Assembly: GCA_015660915.1 (NCBI GenBank)
Contig: JACTTZ010000003.1
Location: forward strand, 4,479 to 68,478
DNA: 64,000 nt
Origin: Methanomicrobia archaeon
GTDB lineage: Archaea > Halobacteriota > Bog-38 > Methanoflorentales > Methanoflorentaceae
Direction of reading: 5' to 3'
Shown: positions 17,135 through 25,687 of the stretch, piece after piece
Position numbering within the stretch: position 1 is the first letter of the stretch
Layout of the letters: each line of letters opens with the position of its first letter
Notes under the pieces: generated by a model
Told to the model about the DNA's origin: nothing
The model's input: only the letters and a program-made list of their open reading frames with translations
Databases searched by the model: none
Translations under genes and position numbers: made by a program

Positions 17135-18406
17135 ATGACGATTATCATAGGGATCAATTTCGGTGCGTATGTGTTATTAGCTGCCGATACACGAGCTACT
17201 CTCCTCAACTTGAGCAACCGCCCATACCGCCGTCGCGATGATCACAAAAAGATTAACAAGACTAGCTCTGGCATAGTCGCAGGTCGAGGTATTGATGAAC
17301 TCCTTGAACTTGTCAATTCCAAGTTTGATGAAATTCATGAGATCATTAGTACTGATGAAGTTCGAAGAATCATAAACAATGAAAGACAACATTTCCGCGA
17401 ACTTTACCCAGAGAACAAACAAGGCATTGAAAACACTGCTTGGATTTTTAGCTATTTAACGTTTAGCGAAGGAACTTTCGACAAAGGCACACCGACTCTT
17501 CGACTAGGCGTCAATGGTCGTGGCATAGACATCATTGGACGTCGCCACATAGTCGACAACTGCCCTTGCGTAATTCCGCCACCCGAGGCAACTAAACAAG
17601 ATGCTAGTTTTATCTTTGACTTTCTGAATGAATCAATAAAGGGCTTCGATCAGTTTAAGACGATAGGCGACAGCATCGAATATCATTGGTCATTAATTGC
17701 CCGTTTAATTCGAACAATTCAGCCTAAGTTTGATAGCATAAGTCGTCATTGTCAGATAGGTGTGCATACACTAGACGGTCATACCGGTATATCTTCAATT
17801 CTAAAAGACACCGATACTAGCGCTTCAATAACTCTGAAGCCACCACCTTCACCGTCGAGCGTCATATCTACCGTGGGACGATTAACTACTCTGACGAACG
17901 AAGCATATGGGTTTAGAATAACATATCCTGTAACTTGGAAAATTGAAGAGGCGCTTTCCGCGTTTGATCCCGTCAGAGTCCGCATCTTCTTACCTACAGA
18001 TGATTACGAGGATAACGTTAGCGTTGCTATGTTCAGTCTCGAGCCAAATACATCGCTTGATGGCGTTATCAAATACAACTTAAATGATATTCGAAACCTT
18101 AACGACATCCGCCTTGTATCAGAAAGAAACTCCACTATCGCTAATCATCCTTCCTACACAGCGGTGTTTGAAGGGATTGTTCCTGTTCAGCTAAGCGAAA
18201 CGTCTCCCGTCGCCCAAGATATAATACATAAAGCGAAACAAATATGCGCGGTGAATAATGACGCGCTTTACGTCGTCACCTACAAAACGGCGCGAGACAA
18301 GTACGACCAGTATTTAGCGCCAGCGCAACGAATCATGGATTCTTTTGTTTTCGTCAGACCACACGATATATTCAAACCGAACAAAAAATGGTTAATTCGA
18401 TACTGA
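17135..18406 (+). CDS. Ntn-hydrolase (proteasome beta/HslV-like) domain fused to PsbP-like domain
   Basis: MTIIIGI..VLLAADTR..KKI..VAGRG; Pro/Ser linker; YGFRITYP..W..NVSV..TIANHP..LYVVTY..YDQY...QRIMDSF. Confidence 0.65.
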   Translation: MTIIIGINFGAYVLLAADTRATLLNLSNRPYRRRDDHKKINKTSSGIVAGRGIDELLELVNSKFDEIHEIISTDEVRRIINNERQHFRELYPENKQGIENTAWIFSYLTFSEGTFDKGTPTLRLGVNGRGIDIIGRRHIVDNCPCVIPPPEATKQDASFIFDFLNESIKGFDQFKTIGDSIEYHWSLIARLIRTIQPKFDSISRHCQIGVHTLDGHTGISSILKDTDTSASITLKPPPSPSSVISTVGRLTTLTNEAYGFRITYPVTWKIEEALSAFDPVRVRIFLPTDDYEDNVSVAMFSLEPNTSLDGVIKYNLNDIRNLNDIRLVSERNSTIANHPSYTAVFEGIVPVQLSETSPVAQDIIHKAKQICAVNNDALYVVTYKTARDKYDQYLAPAQRIMDSFVFVRPHDIFKPNKKWLIRY

Positions 18407-18470
18407 GAAATGTTCTTCTTAGATCGTATATAGATGCCGAACCTGTGCTCAGGCAGACAGATGTTTACAG
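18405..18470 (-). pseudogene. Integrase 3'-end remnant D (highly degraded)
   Basis: KH-(frameshift)-LPEHRFGIYIR; DNA GTGCTCAGGCAG shared with remnant A. Confidence 0.4.
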
Positions 18471-18582
18471 CGCGGTAAGGGTTCCAATATGGAGCGTTTC
18501 GCGCTTCTTTTTTCTTGGTTGCACGCCTACGCTATATCCGCACGTGCTTTCATCTAAGTTATCGGTCAGGGCACGGATCGTC

Positions 18583-18900
18583 TCACGCTAACCGCACATC
18601 CGCCCAATACTAGATATACGTATCATAGACGTTCTCCGGCAATGGGTGTTTGTAGTGCTTCCAATCGATGCCGCTCACCCCGTGCGTCAGGATGTCAGCG
18701 CGATTTGGTTGGATCCACTCGATAATACCAATACTGTTCACGAAACTACACAGATCGTTGGGTAGCGCTTCTGTCAGCGGTAGGATCTGGCAGGGCAGTG
18801 CCGCAGTTTGCGTGCGTACGAGGCACATCGAATGCCACCATCCCCACATTTTTTTCATCAAGTCTCAAAAGAAGCCCCTGAACGAAGGAAATTCAAAAAA
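18583..18900 (-). pseudogene. Integrase 3'-end remnant E
   Basis: WIQPNRADILTHGVSGIDWKHYKHPLPENVYDTYI*YWADVRLA*. Confidence 0.85.
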
Positions 18901-19078
18901 GAGATGATGATCGGGGAGTAACTAACAGGCTAGTCTAAACGTAATAACTAGATTTCAAGGTGCCACCTTAATCCAGCCGTGCCCTTATCGCGCGGCTAAA
19001 ATGCTCATTCAAGCGCTTTGATGGGGGGAAACCCTATATCGCGGAACCTTTCATAACCGTGTAAAGGAGGTAAGTAGA

Positions 19079-19489
19079 ATGGTCGCACTACCTGAAAAGG
19101 TAATAGAGAACTTCAACACGTGGAAGGGGCGCGCCCGCGCCGTGTTCGCGACGGTAAGCGATGCGGGCGTACCCAACGTGGTTCCTGTTGGGGCGCTTAT
19201 GGTGAAAGATCCAGAGACGATCCTCATCGGCGACAACTTCTTCAAGAAAACAGCCGAAAACGTGAGGCGACCGAACTGCCATGTGGCCGTAACGTCGTGG
19301 ATCGGCAGGGAGGGCTATCAGGTGAAGGGCACTGGTAACTACGTGACTGACGGCCCCGACTACGAGATGATGAAGCAGTTTATAAAGGCGATCAACCCGA
19401 ACCTGCCAGCTAAGGGCTGCCTCGTGATGAAGGTCACTGAGGTGTTTGACGTCGCGCCCGGGCCGAGCGCGGGAGAGAAGATCGTGTAG
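19079..19489 (+). CDS. Pyridoxamine 5'-phosphate oxidase-like FMN-binding protein
   Basis: FATVSDAGVPNVVP..DNFFKKT.EN..GYQVKG..PGP.AG; strong GGAGGT RBS. Confidence 0.9.
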   Translation: MVALPEKVIENFNTWKGRARAVFATVSDAGVPNVVPVGALMVKDPETILIGDNFFKKTAENVRRPNCHVAVTSWIGREGYQVKGTGNYVTDGPDYEMMKQFIKAINPNLPAKGCLVMKVTEVFDVAPGPSAGEKIV

Positions 19490-19528
19490 ATCGGTGTCGA
19501 AAAAATAAGCACTCGTGCAGGCTTTTAT

Positions 19529-19590
19529 GATCCCACAAGTATAGCGCATACGCGTCATATGCATCGCAGCGGATGCTTATGACGTCACCA
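19529..19590 (-). pseudogene. Integrase 3'-end remnant F (degraded)
   Basis: W*RHKHPL-(deletion)-AYDAYALYLWD; DNA CATATGC..GCAGCGGATGCTTAT shared with remnant A. Confidence 0.55.
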
Positions 19591-19908
19591 CTCTACGCGT
19601 GAAACTCCGTGGGGCAAGACATCATTGCTTTCGCTGCAATCTGAAATGCTTGGTGATATAACCTCTTATTTTGTTTATAACCCCGACGCTGAAGTCTGTT
19701 ACACTTCCCGGCCGAGGCTTAACAGTCGGTTCACCTTTCGCTACCTGCTCACCGGTTTACACTCTCTTGTAGTGGAAAGCGACAGGCTCGTTACCTTTTA
19801 AATGGACTGGCAAAGCGAGTGCATTTGTCTCAAGATATCAGTTGAACCGAAAGACAAAAAATAACTGAACTCAAAGCGACGAACAAACTAGATCCAGTCT
19901 GCGAATGG

Positions 19909-20196
19909 GTGGGAGGTGAAACATTGCAAAGCGACGAAGAACTGATGAGGTTAGCTCGAAAACGCGCTGAAGACAGGGTTGGATTCTATATACACCTCAC
20001 CATTTACGTCGTGGTGAACCTTTTCCTCGTAGCCGTATGGTGGTTTACAGGCGCGGGGTTCCCGTGGTTTGTCTTTGTGATCGGTTTTTGGGCGATCGGA
20101 TTAGTCGCCCACGGCGCGAGCGTCTTTATGGGGGGTGGAATGACGGATAGGATCACTGAACGCGAATATCAGAAACTCAAACGAGATAAGGAATAG
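19909..20196 (+). CDS. 2TM domain membrane protein
   Basis: ARKR....GFYIHL.IY.VVN.FL..W....FPWF....GFW.IGL..H; true start may be TTG at 19924 after GGAGGTGA. Confidence 0.85.
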   Translation: MGGETLQSDEELMRLARKRAEDRVGFYIHLTIYVVVNLFLVAVWWFTGAGFPWFVFVIGFWAIGLVAHGASVFMGGGMTDRITEREYQKLKRDKE

Positions 20197-20217
20197 CGAG
20201 CGACCTTTTTAACTGGG

Positions 20218-21045
20218 CTAAGCGTCGAATCTCACATCTTTCCAGTACTTCATGTATACGTCATACACGTTCTCAGGCAGCGGGTGCTTGTAAAATCGCC
20301 AATCGACACCTGAAACGCCGTGAGTGAGTACATAGTTCTTATTCGATTGATCCCACAGCAGAATATCGGATTGTTGCTCACAGAATTTTCTTAGATCTCC
20401 GTTTACTATACGGGCCCCGCTGTTCAACAATCGAACGCCAGTGTGCTTGAGCCACTCCTGAAAGGATAGTTGCTGAAAAACAAATTCATCATCAGGCCGA
20501 TCTTCCAACGCGGGAATCATCGCCTCTACAACTTGCGGATGCAGGGGGCAATAATGCTGCATTCGGATTTTGTCTTGCCACGGAAGCACGTCGACAGCAG
20601 GCTTCTTCGTTTTCACAGCTTCCCTGAACTGGCCGACGGTTAACCGTGCTATTGTTGCCAAAGGCCGCTGCCCAGTGAACGCACCAAACAACGTCAGTGC
20701 TTTGTAATTAAGGCGGTGATAGTCATCTATCCGCCCGACACTATAGGAGAGTTCAATCGCCTTCAGCACATTCTCAACGTCTTCTTTCGTAATGATTCTC
20801 GAAGTGACATGCTTACGCGTTTTGAGCGTTTTAGGCATTTCCAAAAAGAGTTCAAATGCCTGAAAGCGCATGTCGAACGTCGTCTTCGCGAGATACTTCA
20901 AAAGACCTTTGGTGAAATAGAGCACTTTGCGTTTTGAATAGACGCAAGTGTATTTTGTCAGAGTGAAATTGCGCACTGCGTCTATCGTTTCCTTGCTAAC
21001 AGTGCCGTGCGTATGCTTCCAGACGATTTCAGCCGCCTTATTCAT
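20218..21045 (-). CDS. Tyrosine integrase, C-terminal part (intC) of SSV1-like split integrase
   Basis: FTGQR (Arg1), DK, DLRKF, LTHG, WRFY (Tyr); frame stays open without start codon up through the tRNA half to 21450. Confidence 0.85.
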   Translation of the reverse strand: MNKAAEIVWKHTHGTVSKETIDAVRNFTLTKYTCVYSKRKVLYFTKGLLKYLAKTTFDMRFQAFELFLEMPKTLKTRKHVTSRIITKEDVENVLKAIELSYSVGRIDDYHRLNYKALTLFGAFTGQRPLATIARLTVGQFREAVKTKKPAVDVLPWQDKIRMQHYCPLHPQVVEAMIPALEDRPDDEFVFQQLSFQEWLKHTGVRLLNSGARIVNGDLRKFCEQQSDILLWDQSNKNYVLTHGVSGVDWRFYKHPLPENVYDVYMKYWKDVRFDA

Positions 21046-21268
21046 CCAGTTGCTGCTCTTCCGGTCAAGGCCTGCTTTACGCCATTTTTTATAACCAATA
21101 AGCTGGTTTCGTGAGAACGTTAATTGAAGTGAGCTAATGTCTTGCCCGTTTACTGATTCAAGTGGAACTCTAATCCGTGCTTTTTCACTCGTTAAAATGG
21201 TTTGAAATAAGCTTTGAGCATCAGAAATGTCTTGCTTTGTCGAAAGAGCACCAAAAAGAGGAGGAGAG

Positions 21269-21308
21269 CTCGACAGGGCTCCATGATAGGCCGCTACACT
21301 ACCCGGGC
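21269..21308 (-). mobile_element. 5' half of tRNA-Asp(GTC), probable att site
   Basis: GCCCGGG TA GTGTAGCGGCCTATCAT G GAGCC CTGTCGA G then non-tRNA CTCTCCTCCTCTTTTT; no T arm follows. Confidence 0.8.
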
Positions 21309-21357
21309 TTGCGCAAAAATGGTGGTTGCACAGAGCACAACTTACTAGGCAGGGGAT

Positions 21358-21373
21358 GAAAGATAAAGGTTTC
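21358..21373 (-). promoter_or_regulatory. Putative BRE/TATA upstream of tRNA-Asp half
   Basis: GAAACCTTTATCTTTC about 50 bp upstream. Confidence 0.4.
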
Positions 21374-21440
21374 TGCGGAGATTCGGAGCGTGCTTCTGCC
21401 TCTGACGTGTTTATCCAATCTGTTCTATGAGTTCTTCCAA

Positions 21441-21533
21441 GCTCAATATCTCACCTCAACCTTCGAGATGTTATGGAAGCAGGCTGTTCCGGCGAAAGAA
21501 CAAATACAAGAGCTTTGGAGCGGGGACCTCAGC
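21441..21533 (+). pseudogene. TrmB-family 3'-end remnant
   Basis: AQYLTSTFEMLWKQAVPAKEQIQEL vs AQYLLATFEMLWKQSIPAEQRIEEL of 43341-44174. Confidence 0.75.
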
Positions 21534-21671
21534 AGGCATAAAGGGCGCGCAAGCGACGATAATACAAATGCAACTGCTCCACTTTTAAGCAGAGGTCTTC
21601 AACCGTTTTTTGCGGTACGTGACTCAAATAAGTCACGCGGCCTTATAAACTCGAAGGTCCTTTTTTTAGCA

Positions 21672-22169
21672 ATGGTCTATAAGACAATCCTTGAAAACGT
21701 GAAGGACATTATAGCTGCCAGTTTAACGGTAGTGGAATCTGCAAAGAACGAAATCATCTGGCTCCTACCACCTCAGATGTTGGTCTTCGCCGGTCAATTC
21801 GGCGTGACTAGCAAATCAAAGGCGCTAATAGAAAAAGGCGGACGAGTAAGGGGCATCACTCAGATTTCAGAAACCGACCTTCGTGTCGTGCGCGAATTGT
21901 TGGACATCGGCGAAGATGTGCGCCACGTCGATCAGTATCGAGGAGAGTTCATGGTGGTTGTAGACAAAACAGAATGCATCAGTTCAATACCTCAGCAGAG
22001 TGTCAATATCGGGGATCTCTCGCTTGATGATCGCGTAGTAGGGTTCTGGACTGATGAGCCAGCCTATGCCGAATACCTTATCACCACCTTTGAAGCTGCG
22101 TGGAAAGAAGCAGTCGATGCAAAAAAGCGCATAGAAGAGCTATTGCAGCAAGATCTGCCGCAGAGTTGA
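21672..22169 (+). CDS. Stand-alone TrmB effector-binding domain (no HTH)
   Basis: SAKNEI..KGGRVRGIT..GEDVRH..VVDK..WTDEPAYAEYL..TFE..W; TTATAAA box upstream. Confidence 0.8.
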   Translation: MVYKTILENVKDIIAASLTVVESAKNEIIWLLPPQMLVFAGQFGVTSKSKALIEKGGRVRGITQISETDLRVVRELLDIGEDVRHVDQYRGEFMVVVDKTECISSIPQQSVNIGDLSLDDRVVGFWTDEPAYAEYLITTFEAAWKEAVDAKKRIEELLQQDLPQS

Positions 22170-22410
22170 TTGTCGACCCTCAGGCCGGCATGACTAGCAA
22201 AGGCTGTTTTTGATTGCGAAGAATCACACATATCATCTCTTTTGAAACTCCGCAGAAGAATGTCAATTGGAACGTCCTGAGGCTTTGCTGCTAGTGTGGA
22301 GCAGGCAAAAATCCCAATTGTGCGTTTACAGCGTAAGCGTATTACTAAGCGGCTGCCCGGCAACACAAAATAGCTGTTAATTCTGCGAAACTGTTTCGAA
22401 AATAGGAGTC

Positions 22411-22490
22411 CCTGACAGGGCTCACTGATAGGCCGCTACTTCCCAAGCTTGCGCAATCGCGGGGGTGCACACAGCCCAGTTGCTAGTCAA
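22411..22490 (-). repeat. Degraded second copy of tRNA-Asp 5' half with its upstream leader
   Basis: GACAGGGCTC..TGATAGGCCGCTAC..GCTTGCGCAA..TGCACA shared with 21272-21350. Confidence 0.7.
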
Positions 22491-22557
22491 GCGTTGATTA
22501 CATACTTTCTACGAGTGAGTGCAGGCCGTTAGAAGCAACTTGAAACGAAGTGCGAGC

Positions 22558-23595
22558 TTAGCACACGCGTGGAACGGGATCACCAAGCGGTGCATCAACA
22601 AAGCGAGTTCCGCCGATATGCGTCGTCATCAGGACTTTTTGGCCTTCCTTCACCTCGCCGATTATCGCCGCGTTCTTCCCGTACTTGGTTTTCTTGACTG
22701 CGTGGAGCACTGCTTCGGCGCTCTCCGCCTCCACACCGATGATCGCCTTGCCCTCGTTTGCCACTTCGAGCACATCGATGCCGAGCATTTCGGCAGCTGC
22801 CCTTATCGACGGATTGATCGGCAGCGACTCCTCTTGAATGAGCACCTCGACGCCGCTCTTGTGCGCCATGTCGTTGAGCGCGCTGGCGACGCCACCTCGC
22901 GTGGGGTCCTTCATAGCCGTTATTGCTGTTGAGTCAGCCGCGTCGAGAGCAGCCTTTACGGTGTGCCAGATCGGTGCGACGTCTGAGCGCAGTTCAGTTC
23001 GAAAGTGAAAGTCCTCTCGCTTGGCAAGCACAGCGATTCCGTGATCGCCGATCGTGCCGGTGATGATGAGCTTGTTCCCAGGCTTCAGACCGCAATCCCG
23101 CACCGGCCTTTCAACAAAGCCTATCCCGGCAGTGTTAATGATAATCTTATCGAGCGCGCCTTTTTCCACGACCTTCGTGTCGCCGGTCACGATCGCCGTG
23201 TCAACCTCCTGCGTTGCCTCATCCATCGATGCGACTATCTTGCGCAAATCGCTGATCGCAAATCCATCCTCCATGACGATCGCACTCGTCAGCGCGAGCG
23301 GCGCTGCACCCATCATCGCAAGGTCGTTGACCGTTCCTGAAACCGAGAGCCGCCCAATATCCCCTCCGGGAAAGAAGATCGGCTTGACGACGTGCGTGTC
23401 CGTAGTGAGCACAAGGAAGCCCCCTTGAGCCAGCGGAATAGCAGCCCCGTCATCTAACGATTCTAAGCCAATACCGCCGGCGTTCTTGTTTTTGATCTTC
23501 GTCAGGACGTCGGCGATCAAGGCGTTCATCATCTCTCCGCCCGCGCCGTGGAGCAGGCTGACGTTCTTTTCGACTCTCGCTCGTTCCGATTGCAT
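22558..23595 (-). CDS. hypE: Hydrogenase maturation protein HypE
   Basis: HGAGG, FFPGGDIG, GTVNDL, GDTKVV, DPTRGG, ANEG, C-terminal PRVC. Confidence 0.97.
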   Translation of the reverse strand: MQSERARVEKNVSLLHGAGGEMMNALIADVLTKIKNKNAGGIGLESLDDGAAIPLAQGGFLVLTTDTHVVKPIFFPGGDIGRLSVSGTVNDLAMMGAAPLALTSAIVMEDGFAISDLRKIVASMDEATQEVDTAIVTGDTKVVEKGALDKIIINTAGIGFVERPVRDCGLKPGNKLIITGTIGDHGIAVLAKREDFHFRTELRSDVAPIWHTVKAALDAADSTAITAMKDPTRGGVASALNDMAHKSGVEVLIQEESLPINPSIRAAAEMLGIDVLEVANEGKAIIGVEAESAEAVLHAVKKTKYGKNAAIIGEVKEGQKVLMTTHIGGTRFVDAPLGDPVPRVC

Positions 23596-23615
23596 TGGAT
23601 CAGTCCCCTCGCCGT

Positions 23616-23966
23616 CTAGCTCTCGTCTTCGAGTTCGACTTTGAGATTTTTAATGCAGATGCCCCTGCCCGAAAGCAGCTCGTACATACCGCCGCACTTG
23701 GGGCACAAGTAATCCTCGTCGCCCAACGCGCCTTCAAAGCCGCACTTGCACTTGGCTACTGCAGGAAGTGTCTCGACGTTCATTTCGGCGCCTTCAAAGG
23801 GGCCGCCCTCCGTGATAACTTCAAAGCAGAACTTGAGCTGCTCGGGGTTCACCATCGCGAGCTGACCGACTTCGACGGTTACCGAGATAAGCCGTTTCAC
23901 CGGCTTGCTTGCGACCGTTTCCTTCACGACGTTAACGATCTCGGTCGCGAGGCCAAACTCATGCAT
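23616..23966 (-). CDS. hypA: Hydrogenase nickel metallochaperone HypA
   Basis: MHE start, CKC..CPKCG, SGR. Confidence 0.95.
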   Translation of the reverse strand: MHEFGLATEIVNVVKETVASKPVKRLISVTVEVGQLAMVNPEQLKFCFEVITEGGPFEGAEMNVETLPAVAKCKCGFEGALGDEDYLCPKCGGMYELLSGRGICIKNLKVELEDES

Positions 23967-24189
23967 TTTCCTGCTCGAGCTCTTCCAACTCCTTAAAAAT
24001 CGCAAGCGTTTCGAGCGCAGCTTCCTTGCTGAGCTTCTCTATGGCAAAACCGACATGGATAAGCACATAGTCGCCTGGATGGACGTCTTCGACGAGATCC
24101 AAGTTTATTTCCTGTTCTAGGCCGCCGTAATCGACGACGCCTTTGTTTCCTTCGACCTTAATGACCTCGGCAGGAATTGCAAGACACAT
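23959..24189 (-). CDS. hypC: Hydrogenase chaperone HypC
   Basis: MCLAIP, GDYVLIHVGFAI. Confidence 0.97.
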   Translation of the reverse strand: MCLAIPAEVIKVEGNKGVVDYGGLEQEINLDLVEDVHPGDYVLIHVGFAIEKLSKEAALETLAIFKELEELEQENA

Positions 24190-24444
24190 GTAAATTGACT
24201 CCTATAACGAGCAAGAATGCGAAGCCCGTCGCAGCACCGGCTTACAAGAAGAGCGGGGCGTACTTCGTTTCGTTACGTACATCTGTCCCGCGAGCCATAT
24301 ATAGCTTACCTCGCTCCGCTTGGCCACAAACGCGCTAAAAAGTTTTTAAATGAAGCGCTCACTATATCCATTGTCGAGCGACCGGCCGCAAGACGCGTGG
24401 TCCTCTTTAGCTTTTTGTCCGTGTGGAGGCGGAGATATGCCAAT

Positions 24445-25677
24445 ATGAGCGACTCAATCGAATCACTGAAGCGCTACGAGTTTAAGCGCGTCATCGAGAC
24501 CCTCGAAGGCAAAAAAGGACAGGCGACCGAACTCATTACCATCTATATCCCGCCTGACAAACAGATCTCTGACGTTGTAAGCCAGCTGCGCGACGAATAC
24601 GGCCAGGCGTCCAACATCAAATCGAAGAGCACGCGCACCAACGTGCAGAGCGCACTCTCATCGATCACGTCGCGCCTTAAGTACTATCGCTTCCCGCCGT
24701 CCAATGGCCTTGTGATCTTTACGGGGACGATCTCGCTCGGAGGTGACAAGACGACCATGGAAACGCTCGTCGTGGAACCCATTGAACCGATCAAGTCGTA
24801 CCAGTACCGGTGCGACTCGACCTTCAACCTCGAGCCGCTCAAGGAGATGCTCAAAGAAAAGGAGGTATTCGGACTCGTCGTGCTCGACCGAAACGAGGCA
24901 ACGGTCGGCATCCTCAACGGCAAGCGTATTGAGCCGATCAAGCATCTCACATCCGGAGTCCCCGGCAAGCACACAAAGGGCGGCCAATCGCAGCGCCGTT
25001 TCGAACGGCTGCGCCTCATCGCGATCCACGAGTTCTACAAGCGCATCGGTGAGGCTGCCAACAACGAGTTTCTGCAGCATCCCGAACTCAAGGGCGTACT
25101 TATCGGTGGCCCGAGCCCGACCAAAGAAGAGTTCGTCGACGGCGAGTACCTCCACCACGAGCTGCAGCAACGGATTCTGGGGGCATTTGACGCGTCCTAT
25201 ACCGACGAGTTCGGCCTTTCAGAGCTCGTCGAAAACGGCGCTGAGGTGCTACAAGAGCTCGATTTGATGCGCGAAAAGAACGTCGTGGAGCGCTTCCTCA
25301 AAGAGCTCGTGCACGACTCAAACAAGGCGACCTACGGTGAGAGACAGGTGCGAAAAGCGCTCCAGCTAGGCGCCGTTGACACACTCCTCCTCTCAGAGGC
25401 ACTTCGCATCCAGCGCGTGACCAATAGCTGCCCGCTGTGCGGGTTCACGCTCGAAGAGACGATCCGCGGCATAAAGGGGGTGGGTGTATGTCCCAAGTGT
25501 GAGGGCGCTATGGAACGCGTGCACGAAGAAGACGTCGTCGATGAACTTATCCGCCGGGCCGGAGACACGGGAACCTCGGTGGAATTCATCTCAACCGACT
25601 TCAATGAGGGCGAGCAGCTTATGCGAGCATTTGGCGGCATTGCGGCCATCCTTCGCTTTGCGATCGACGAGCACTGA
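24445..25677 (+). CDS. prf1: Peptide chain release factor aRF1
   Basis: NIKS, YRCD, KGGQS, AFGGIAAILRF. Confidence 0.97.
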   Translation: MSDSIESLKRYEFKRVIETLEGKKGQATELITIYIPPDKQISDVVSQLRDEYGQASNIKSKSTRTNVQSALSSITSRLKYYRFPPSNGLVIFTGTISLGGDKTTMETLVVEPIEPIKSYQYRCDSTFNLEPLKEMLKEKEVFGLVVLDRNEATVGILNGKRIEPIKHLTSGVPGKHTKGGQSQRRFERLRLIAIHEFYKRIGEAANNEFLQHPELKGVLIGGPSPTKEEFVDGEYLHHELQQRILGAFDASYTDEFGLSELVENGAEVLQELDLMREKNVVERFLKELVHDSNKATYGERQVRKALQLGAVDTLLLSEALRIQRVTNSCPLCGFTLEETIRGIKGVGVCPKCEGAMERVHEEDVVDELIRRAGDTGTSVEFISTDFNEGEQLMRAFGGIAAILRFAIDEH

Positions 25678-25687
25678 CGGAGACGCG

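Larger units (their letters stand above)
2062..21308. mobile_element. Composite integrated island (satellite/plasmid-like element plus stacked remnants)
   Basis: Bounded by tRNA fragments; contains integrases, D5 helicase, defence genes and pseudogenes; probably extends left beyond the window. Confidence 0.75.

Noticed and set aside
2062-21308. Asp 5' half and His 3' half as two parts of one tRNA or as matching attL/attR
   Set aside because: Opposite strands, different anticodons and non-complementary acceptor and anticodon stems
21390-21671. Single 259-aa permuted TrmB protein
   Set aside because: Better explained as a TrmB tail remnant that happens to be in frame with a separately promoted gene at 21672
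22558-24189. Missing hypD/hypB/hypF as an anomaly
   Set aside because: hyp genes are commonly dispersed in archaeal genomes; cannot be judged from one window
24217-24444. 76-aa N-terminal extension of aRF1
   Set aside because: Homology starts at MSDSIE; the extension spans the divergent promoter region
25484-25687. N-terminal extension of ArgRS
   Set aside because: Overlaps prf1; ATG at 25688 has a GGAG RBS
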